Source: Azolla caroliniana (lineage: Eukaryota; Plantae; Polypodiophyta). Taken from it: a stretch of DNA of 64,000 bases. A program made the translations under genes and the position numbers. Below are positions 24,001 through 34,055 of the stretch, one piece after another. Numbering within the stretch: the first letter of the stretch is position 1; each line of letters starts with the position of its first letter. The DNA lies in assembly GCA_043228905.1 (NCBI GenBank), contig JBHGNT010000001.1, positions 22,010,001-22,074,000 of the forward strand. The letters run 5' to 3'. The notes under the pieces are model-generated. The model was not told the origin of the DNA and did no database searches. It saw only the letters and a list, made by a program, of their open reading frames with translations.

Positions 24001-25437
24001 TTGCTTAATCAACCTCTTCTTGGAAATTCTCTATTTCGGGATAATATAGGAATAGTACTGGGTCTCAGAACTCACCTTGCCTAGGGTAAACTGGATAATG
24101 GGCCAACTGCTTCTGTAAATACTTGGATTCGTTTCCAACAGATGCCACAAGCAGATCGACTTGCGCAGCTACAAACTGTTCATGGAGCCAAGATAATGAC
24201 GGTTGCCATTTCAACTTCATATTCCTTAGTAGCGGCGACTTTCGAACCAATACAAGAGCATTTCTGGTTTGGATGCTTCATAAATGATACATTGTTGGCT
24301 GTCAAGGGTATCTCACCTAATGGGTGCATCTCTTATTTTGAGTTTCTTGATAACAATAGAATGCAGCCTCATGTTTTTTACTGCAGCTACTTTCAGCATA
24401 TGCGGAATGCACCAGTCAGAGTGATTGCAAAAATGGGAAAGAAGTGGCTGCTGGATCCGTATCCTTCTATTGCACATATGTGTGATATGATGTGGTTGTA
24501 TGCAAAAGAACCTGTTGCAAGACTACTATGGGATCCGAGGGGTTGGTTCTGGACATATTCCTTGGGGGAACAAATCATAAAGGTTCCCTTTTTTCAGTAT
24601 TCAGTAAAGCTAGGAAGGTCATTACTAAGGTCTATGAATGCAATGACGCCAGCAACACAAAACCATTGGACTAACTGGGGTGTTTCAACGTTGGAGTTGA
24701 AAACATATTGGAGATGGATATGGTCTTTCAAGGGGCCTTCTAAATTTATTCATTTTAGATGGCTATTAGTGCATGCTGCATTACTAGTTGGCTAGACGTT
24801 AAAAGGGAATGTCGCACAGAATCTCAGGCAATGTGGATTTTGCTATGCAACGCCGGAGACTACTAAGCATGCCCTCTGGTCTTGTCCCTTGGCTCAGCAA
24901 ATATGGAATAAAGTTCTTTCTTTATTCCTAACAATCAATGTTGGTTGCTTGTTCTCATGGGGAGTAGCGGTGTGGGGAGGATTACACTCCAACCTGATGT
25001 TGTATGAGGCAGATGATATGCAAGAGGCCATGACGGCATATAACAGAAGATTGATATCAGTTAGTCCATTTCAGCAACCTCGAAAGCAAATGCGATCTGT
25101 CGAGATCTGGAAAACTGTGACTACGATAACATTATGGGTATTATGGAAATGTAGATGCAGTCGACTTTACGATGCCGCAAAGCTTGGCACTCCAGAGGTA
25201 TTGCTTGAGATATGGGAAACATTGTTGAGAGTAGTTCGTGGGCAATATGATAACATGGCTCGTTCTCCAGAAAATATTCATAAAAGAAGGATGAAGCTTC
25301 TTCACTTATGGAGGAAGGTGCCTCTCTTTGTAATGACAAACCAAAGACCTCAATGGAATTATCATCTTCCATGGACCTTTATCTTATATAAAACCAACAT
25401 GTTAATGTATCATTTAAGGCTCAACAACCCTATATAA
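21059..25437 (+). pseudogene. LINE ORF2 (APE endonuclease, RT, zf-RVT), disrupted
   Basis: SWNVQGL, NIYAPN, GGDFN, SDH, WRPITLLN, LDFEKAYD, FADD, GGLGL, CxxC..ETTKHALWSC. Confidence 0.92.
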
Positions 25438-25769
25438 GTTGTTTTTGTATGTCCAAGTTTAGGTGTACATACATTACGTTGTAAACCTACGGGCAGATAA
25501 CTTTCACTTGTACTTTCTTGATGTTTTAATACTATTGAAGAAAATCTTTCAAGGAAAAAATTATGTTTTACGTGGAAACCCTAATAGGGAAAACCACAGG
25601 AGTCTACAAACTCCGAACTGTTTCACTATGGTAAGAGAGAAAAATACAACACGAGAACTCATAGGCACTGACCTTGAGCTCGTCTTCTTCGCCTACAGGC
25701 AACTGCAACAGAGATGTGTCGTTTCTCACCCTCTCTCTCTCTCTCTTCCTCACATAGTATATTTAGGTG

Positions 25770-26392
25770 TGTTTAGGTGTATTTTACATCTCGACGATCG
25801 TTATTCGAGTCTGGAGGTGATGGGACCTCGAAATCATCTATAGGGAATACGAAAAATAAACAAATTATGCTCCTAGAAGATAAGTCCACTGAGCATAAGC
25901 TAAAAAATTATTCAAACCTAGAATGAAGTCTCGGTTACGTCGAAGAAGATGGAGTATTCTCCTCATATTTGCCACGTCAGGAGGAAAAGGAAAGCTCGAA
26001 TTAGGGAAGACCTTCACCTATGGTAAAGTTTGTAATTGTTACCCGTAGGAGTATACGGGGCGGTGTAAGGGTAGAACACGATAATGTGGTTGATGTATAT
26101 GAGTATGTGAGGATGAGTATGTGTGAGCACATGCACAATTATGTGCATGTGACAAGAATGTAACGGTCTTCTTTTTGTAACGGTCATATTATTAACCATT
26201 ACATTATGTACTATATAAACCCCTCATGGGGCATGTAATGCACTAGAGATTTTTCCTTCTCATTTTGTGTCATTTCTTATCTTCACTCTCCTCTCTCTCT
26301 CTCTCTATTGTAATCTCCTTGGGAGGGGGGGTGGAGCCATTCTAGGCTTCACCTCCCCCACACATTAACACTTTTGGCACGCTTCAATGGCC
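25770..26392 (+). mobile_element. LTR plus PBS of a truncated gypsy-like element
   Basis: TATATAAA at ~26212, U5 hairpin, ...ATTAACA at 26370 followed by TGGCACGC PBS-like sequence; start uncertain. Confidence 0.5.
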
Positions 26393-27523
26393 GACCTCCC
26401 TTAAGAAGAAGTCACTTTCTCTCTCCCTCACTCTCCCTCTCCATCACTAATCTCTTTGTCTCCCTCGTTGCATGTGTGTTTCTCTTTGTGTTACAGAGTG
26501 TGGCTTTATGTCTAGAAACTCTATATGGTGATCCGTTTCTTATTAGAGGTTTAGGCAAACAAGCTCAAGGAAAGTACCTAAGCTCATTGACAAGCTTTTC
26601 ACAAAAGAAGCTCAAAATGGAATCCAGACGTCATGAAAGAACACAAATTTCTGTGTCTCACTTCTTCGAGGGGAACAAAGATAAGTTTAACATGAAAGTT
26701 AGTGATCAGACGAGATCACAAGATCCCCATAGAGTTCATTATTGAGATCTCAACTATGTCGGTCTCTGTCCGCTTCGGGAGATAGTATGAGATCTCATCT
26801 CTACCATTCACTCTCTTGCAAGAGAGAACAATGTGAGAGTTCTCAACTGCCCCAGTCTTGATCTTCTGGGAGAAGTCCTTTGGAGAAGTCTCAACTTTAA
26901 GAGTTCTCTTGAGAGAGATCATTTTAAGAGGTCTCAATTCTCCCCATCCGACTTCGAGAGGGATCCTAATGACAAGTGACAGTTTTGTTGGTCTCATCCT
27001 CCTAAGAGGGGCCAATATGAGAGATCTCAGCTCTCTCAATCTGGCTCTCCGGTGCTGAGGGAGTGTTACAAAAACCTCAATCCTCACTTTGGGCCAAATC
27101 TTCCTTCCCGACCTCGTTAGAGGGGTGCTTTGCCATCTTTCTTACTTGATGATACCAGAACAGTACCAGTGCTTCACTAGTACTTCAAAGTGCTAGCATT
27201 CTCACATCCGACATGAGTGCCTCTCTCGCATGCTATTTGTGAATTGTGTGTGTGTCAAGATGGCTTGTGGACAATCCAGATTTGAGGAGAAAACTAACAC
27301 TCTTATTGTTAATGGATCACATGAGTTATGGATGTGAAAATATTTATCACAAAAAATGTGCAATGTTATGGATGTGGAAATCTGGAGACGGAGATATTGA
27401 TCTCGAAAAACCAGATGATATCTCTCAAGTGTGCTGCACGTGGAGTTATTGTGTAGGATCTATGTATCGATGGAGTTAACTCCTTGATGTCATTTGCGGA
27501 GTTCGGACCGGCATATACCCTTT

Positions 27524-28031
27524 TGTTGGCAAATCGGGCGAAGATGGTTGTCGGACACCTCCGAGCCTCACACTCACTTAACGATTAATAGATGATTAAG
27601 CACGATATCACTCTCACTCTCTCAAACTCTCTCTCATAGACAATAGGGTAATGAATATAGACAATAAGAGTAATGAATATGTTATTAACCCTCTTTGCTA
27701 AGATGTCTAGCACCAACAAGGAAGAGAGATTAGTGTTCTCTAACTAAACACTTCACTAATCTCTCTCAAGCTTAAAGGTTACAAGAAGGAGAAGAGGAAG
27801 CTCTAGCTCTTAATCAATAGGGAGATCTTTACAAATAGATGAACCCTTACAAAGCCACCACCATGTGGTTTATATAGCCTTTACATTTAGGGTGGTGACC
27901 TTTCACACTTGGGTGTCCCTTAGTCCTCTTTCCTCTTGATGTTCCCTCTTTGTAGGTCCTTTAGCCATACTACATCCTTGTCAGTGCGCTCTTCTTCATA
28001 ACCGGTCATGGTGTGATCTCAGCGCTTAACA
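27524..28031 (-). repeat. 3' LTR of element C
   Basis: Follows the PPT; TGTTAAG...GCCAACA on minus; CTATATAAA. Confidence 0.75.
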
Positions 28032-28111
28032 TCCCCCCCAACCTAATGAGTGCACACCCCCGAGTGCACTACGGGAGGGGAGTTTCGGGCGTCGGGGGCG
28101 AGAAGGATGGA

Positions 28112-31100
28112 TTAGGGGGGTTCATCGGGGGGTGGTCGGCAGCGAAGATGATGGCGAAGACGGTGGATGTTCAACGGCAATAACCGGATCTCTTGCATTT
28201 GATCGGTCGTCGTGAAGAAGTCCTTCTTGGGGCCAGCTATCCACGTGGAGGTGTTGTACCCAACGAAGGGAGAGGAGGGGTTTCTACCAAAACTTATGTA
28301 AGCAGGAAAAAAACGTGTGTTGATCATGGTTTCAAAATCCCGTTTGTAGGTGGTAGGGAGCATGTTGACGCGGGTCCAGAGGCTGACCAGTTGATGACGT
28401 GTAGGGCCTTTATTCAAATCAAAGGCAAGACCCCACGCCGGGTGGTTGTGTTGCTTGAGTGTGCAGGTTTCATAAGGGTTAGAGTCGAAGAGTATGAGCA
28501 GCAGTTGCAAAAAACAAAGATTGCACACTTGAATGTCGGGGTCAGGGACGTCGAGGTATGTACGGAGGAAACGTCGCATGACCCGGATCATTCCAGGTTC
28601 CATTGGAGATGTCCGCGGGGGTTGTGGAAACACGGACCAGTTGAACTGGAGTGTGGGTAGTCATGTCTAGGCTACTTGAAAGTCGTGCCATGGCCAATGG
28701 CGAGGGAGGGGAAAAAAGGTGGGGTTGGCGCGCATCTCAGGGGGGTGTAGGACAAACCATTCCCGGAAGGATGCGTGCTCAAACCAAGGGAGGCACCATG
28801 GGAGTTGGATTCTAGGTGGTTCGATGAGGGGGTCGACCACCGGGTGGTGCCATCCTCGAGTTGAGATGGGTAAAGGAAGATGTCGACTTGAGGTTCAGAG
28901 GCAACTTTCAGGGTAGTAGGTGTTGAGGCAGGTGAGGAGTAGGGGGTTCTCACCGAAATCAAACTCCCAGGGGACAGGTGCAGTAGATTGGTTATCGAGG
29001 CGGGTGTCCCAATTTGTACCGTGTTCGATGTAATCGAGAGCTACTTGGAGGGCATGGGTGAGTTGGTAATGATTGAACAAATCAACGTAGAATGCCACAA
29101 CATTGAATCGGGCACTCGTTTCGTGTAGTAGCGGGGGTGTAGTGAAGATGGGAGAGGGGAGTTGTTGGTTGAGCATGAGGTGTGCGAGGGGGTGGTTGAA
29201 AGGGAGGGCTTTGTGGAGGATGGCATTTGTGAATGCCCCACCGGGGTGTGTGACGACTTGTGTTTGGAGTGGGAAGGGATCGGGTGGTGGGGAGGTGGGG
29301 AGGAATGGGGATGGGCCAGGGGGGTGTGTGAAAGGGGTTGCAACCGAACATGGGGTGTGTGTGGTTAGGCACGTGGTGTTCGATGAGGTAGGGTTAGGGC
29401 GTGGGGGTGGTTGGTTGTCGGGATCATCAGGTGAGTTGGGGTCCCACTCCGGGTTGATCTTGGGCGGGGCGTGACTGGGGTGTGGGGGTAGGAGTGTGTG
29501 GGCACGAGCCTCGTCAAAAGTCATAAGTTGATACTCATGAGAGACGTCAAGGTAGAGGGCAAACTCATGTATGTTGTCAACCTCGAGATCAGTGGGCCAG
29601 TTGAATGTGGCACATTCGATGTTGAATATGTTAGTACGAACCCCGACATCTTAGGCGGTTTGCCAAGCGTGTATTAACCATAGGAAACCTAAAGGGGGTA
29701 CGTAGGTAGTAGCACTGTCAAGTAGGGTGCGGGTGAGAGTGTCGGCGATGCGGTGTAAGTGCACCAGCGTTGCAAAGAGTTGGGCCAATTGGTCTTCGTT
29801 GACCTGCATCGTGACATCGGAAGGGTAGGCGAAACATACCAGGTCGGTGATGTATAAGTCCGGGGTGATGGCGGTATGGAGGTAGCCTAGGCCTTCGAGA
29901 AACAAAACAGGGAGATGTTGGGGGAAGAAGTCATCTGCCGGTGGTGAGGGCTCATCGGTGGCTTCCGGGTACAACATAAAGAGGGTGAGGGCGTGGTTAT
30001 CTTCTAGATGTACTCGGATGAATGTCTGCCGATGGGGGGGGGGGGGGGGGGGGGGGATGGTCTCGTCAAAGAACACACGACGTGTAGCGACCAACAATCG
30101 AAGTACGCACGTGGCATGGGCTAGAAGGTTACACGGTATACGTGGTGTGGTGAAGAGTTTGGAGAGCAGAGATGTCAAGCTCACATACACCGAGAGTGCC
30201 TGAATCATATTCAGAGTAGGGAGAGGTGTCTGAATGGTGGAGGTGCCCGGTCATGCCTGGGCTGAGGGCGTGCTCGAGGGCGGCTTTGGTCATGTGGAGT
30301 TGGGTGATGTCCTTCTCGAGTTCGGTGCACTAGCGACGGTGTTTGATGAGGAGGCATCGATTCCGTTCGTTGGCGACCTCCACTTGTTGGACTATAGCGT
30401 CATGTTCAGCTTTGAGGGTTGCGATCTCGCTCGTGAGTCTGTGAGTGGTGGCCATGGCGTTTGCCAGAGCCTCAGACCATGTAGAGAGGTCGGTCGTCAT
30501 CGCTGCGAGGTGGGTTTCCGTTTGTTGGTGTTGTGTGGTGAGACGTATGTACTCGGCAGAGAGTTCGGCGTGTGTTTACGCTGCGCATTCCTGGTCATGG
30601 TGCCACGTTGTCCGGGCTTGGTGGAACTCGTCGGCGAGTTCTTGGTGTCGGGTTCGTTCAGCAAGAAGTTCTTTCTTGAGGAGTTCGTGGGCAGCATCTT
30701 GGCATGTGTTGTTATGGTGGGCATTCCTCACTTCGGCGGCCGAGACCTCATTCCTTGTAGAGGCCTCCTGCTGGTCGGTGGCGGTCTGTTGGGCCTGCCC
30801 GTGGACTTGGAGTAGGTGGTGACTCATGACAGAAGTCATCTTGAGGATGTCTACCACCATGTCGGCTAATGGTTTGGTGAGGGTGGCAGGAGTTGGGTTA
30901 GGGCAGGCAGTTGTGACAGTGGATGGGTTAGAGAGGGGAACAGACGCCGGTAGGGATGTTGGTGGGGGGGTCATCTGCAGGGATCAGGGGTGGATTGGGA
31001 GGTGACGACCGGCCTTGGGGACGGTGGTGCGTTGGGATACTCAGGAGGAAGAAGGGGGGTTTTGGCTTTAGGGGCGTTGTGGCGGGCTAGCTTACATGGT

Positions 31101-32274
31101 CGAGGGTGTGGGGTGTCGTTGGTGGTAATGGGGGGTGGTGGTTGGGTGCTTGTGCTAGGGGAGGTAGGTGGGGATTCTCAGAGGAGAGAGGGCGGCGAGG
31201 TTGGGAGGGGTGGGGCCATCGGGTTCCATAGGTCACGAAGGATTGATTTGGTGGTGCAACTATGGGTACGAGGGGTCGTGGCCATGGTCTGATGAGACAC
31301 GTAGTGGAATGTAGTAGACAAGTCCTAGATTTCAGTGGGGGTGAATTTGCGTTTCTGGAATTCCTTGACACGATTTGTGATATCCTTAGGTGTATCAAGG
31401 GTATCTTCAGCCATCACATGGGTGATTTGGGGTTGTTCGTGCACTGGTGGGCGTTCACGTTCGCCTTGGTGTACCTATCTTAAGAGGTCATGTTCTGGGA
31501 TGCAGAGCCGCTCGGGTTGACTTGGTACTGTTATCTTGCGGTGTCGTTCCTGGTAGCGTATCAAGGGAGGGGTTGGAGGGCCGATGTTGAACTTTGTGCA
31601 TAGGTAATGAGTGAGGAACCACACGAAATTGATGACTTATTTGGACTAGGTTTGCCATTCCCGGACCCGTCGAACGAGTTCGTGATCCCACTGGACGGGT
31701 TGAGGATCATGTACCAACTCCATGAACTTGCCAGTGATGCGGGTGATGGCGTCGGTAGAGGTGGTGTCGCTGATCTGGGCAATCACGCTACAACAGTCGT
31801 GGAGGTGAGGGGTATTTCGGTGTAACGCCAACCTTCGCGTCCCGAATATTCGGTGTAGGCAGCGGGGATGATGTTGGGGATGACGGCATGGGTCTTCGTG
31901 GTGCGGAAGGGAATGCCATCCACCGGCAAATGCAACGTAGCGCAAAGGTTGGTGACAGTGAACTGGAATTCGACAGGGGTGGTATCCGCGAAGGTGTACA
32001 TACGAACGTGGCCGGTATCGGGGTTGTATCCTGCGAGGAACTGCTTGGCCAACTCGGGAAGTACACCCCATGGGCCATTCCTAAGGAAGAACTTGAGGCC
32101 GAGTTGGGAAAGGGTATCGAACATGTCGGGCTCGAGGTACTTGAGTTGTGGGGCTGCCGCGGGTATCCGGTAAGCACATCGAGTGTTGTTGAACTCGACT
32201 GGAATGACAAAGGAACCACAACCGGTGTCGGGGTAGTACACGTGTACGAGCTTGATAAATGGAGTGGACGCCAT
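28112..32274 (-). pseudogene. Accessory (env-position) reading frame: plant-transposon-type N-terminal domain, coiled coil, two unknown domains
   Basis: Track ORFs 28112-28633, 28895-29524 and 29651-30208 share one frame, broken only by stops; VLPELAKQFLAGY, LHLPVDG, VQWDHEL motifs; coiled coil 30250-30850. Confidence 0.7.
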
Positions 32275-32508
32275 TGATTATAACCTGCTGGAAAAAGGAT
32301 TAGTATAGTTAAATGGGGTGTACCAATCCATACGTGCCTTGACGCTTGTCTGTCATGAACACATGACCATTATAGCGTCACCCAGACTTGAACCTCGAAC
32401 CTTGTAATCCATACTTGAAAACCTCAACCATTAAGATATCTTATTGTTATATGAAAGAATAAAAGCTACTTCTTATATTACATTGATTATTGTAAAAACT
32501 CTAGATTA

Positions 32509-32572
32509 TTCTAGAATGTTCTAGAATGTCCTAGAGCATTCTAGGTCTAGAACATTCTAGAACATTCTAGAA
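32509..32572. promoter_or_regulatory. Heat-shock element array (4-unit plus 5-unit), repeated in the 3' LTR at ~37314-37377
   Basis: TTCtaGAAtgTTCtaGAA and GAAcaTTCtaGAAcaTTCtaGAA, 25 nt upstream of TATAAATA. Confidence 0.7.
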
Positions 32573-32794
32573 ATCTCTAAGCTATTCTATAGGAACCTAT
32601 AAATAAGGGCATACATGTATTCTCAAATCAATTCGAATCAACACCAGTATTTAGCTCTCATTACATATCTTGTATCCATTCTCTTTCTTTCTCTATCTTA
32701 TACATCCATTCTTCTCTTAGTATTTGGTTCATTTCTTCTCGTGTTCTCTAATATCCTTCTTCCATCACTCTATCTTTTATCCTTGGTTCTGATA

Positions 32795-32803
32795 GTTTGA
32801 TTC

Positions 32804-32808
<5 letters not shown>
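32795..32808 (+). promoter_or_regulatory. Self-priming (Tf1-type) PBS
   Basis: TTGATTCGAATT is the perfect 12-nt complement of AATTCGAATCAA (32630-32641) in the LTR; no TGG tRNA-type PBS. Confidence 0.75.
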
Positions 32809-32854
<46 letters not shown>

Positions 32855-32878
32855 CTCCTTTGTAACCATCCTGAAACC

Positions 32879-34029
32879 ATGGTTGCCATTAACTCAGAAG
32901 AATATCTCACCCTTGTTGCAGAAATGGAGAACCTTAAATCCAAGTTCGCATCTCTTGAAGTAGACAATCAATGTCTACTTGGGGATCTACAAAAGGTTAC
33001 TATAGAGAAGCCACAACAACAAGAGGAGTTCACGCGACAAGTGCAACAGTTAGTGTTACAACAACAAAGGGTTGAAGGTCAGGGACTTATCAAGGAGCCC
33101 AAAATTAGCCTCCCAACTAAATTTGATGGGTCGAGGGCGCATTTCCGAGGTTTTTTGAATCAAGTACGATTGGTGATTCAAATGCATCCCGCGTGTTATC
33201 CAACAGATGCATCACGAGTCGGGCTAGTGGGCACCTTATTGACTGGCATAGCGTTGTTGTGGTTTGCTCCATTGCTAGAGACCAATTCTCCTCTATTGAA
33301 TAATTTTGAGGAATTTATCAAGGAATTTAAGGCGTGTTTCGGAGATACTGATGGGGCGAGAACAACTATCAACAAGATTCGTACACTTCGTCAAGGTGAT
33401 CAACCAGCTTTGACATATGTTGCCAATTTCCGTCTCATCGCAAGCGATATTCCTTGAGATGAACAAGCCCTAATGAAGCAATTCCGTTCAGGCCTTTGTA
33501 GTGATGTCAAAGACTTACTTCTTACCTTCCCCGAGGATCCAAGGTCACTTATAGAAGCGCTATTAGTCGAGCAATACGGTGTGATAATCGCCTTTTTGAG
33601 CGTCGATGTGAGCGACAACAACAAATAACAAGATCAAGATTCACACCAACTTATGCATTAGTAACGACACAATCATCCCCAAGGCAAATGTATAGCCCTG
33701 CTCCAACTCCAAGGCAAACACGTAGTCCAGTCCCAATGGATAATCCAGCACCCATGGAGATCGATATGACTCAACGACGAGGACCGTTGTCAGGCGAAGA
33801 GAAGCAACGTCGTCGAGCAAACCATCTGTGCTTATATTGCGGAGGTCCAAGACATATAGCCATTCATTGCTCCCGTAGGCCGAGACGTCAGGTAAATCAA
33901 ATTCACTATGACAATAAAAATGAGTCCAACATTTTAGAAGCAGTTAGTGAATCTAATATTATGAATAATCCACCCTTGTCCAATAAATTTGAAGTCCTAA
34001 GCCAATTAGAAGAGGATTCAAATGAATAA
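32879..34029 (+). pseudogene. gag: Chromovirus Gag
   Basis: PTKFDGSR, LRQG, PMEID, CLYCGGPRHIAIHC. Confidence 0.9.
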
Positions 34030-34055
34030 GTCCGGCCAAAATAGGAGCCATTTGG

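Larger units (their letters stand above)
19386..25561 (+). mobile_element. Full-length L1-clade LINE
   Basis: 15-bp TSD TATGTTTTACGTGGA (19371-19385, 25562-25576), two ORFs, short A tail. Confidence 0.93.
19250..25750 (-). mobile_element. Tork-like copia LTR remnant split by the LINE
   Basis: TGTTGAG..GGCCACAATCGG and ACGTGGAAACCCTA..GGAAAACCAC match the reverse complement of the Tork LTR U5/R region. Confidence 0.55.
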
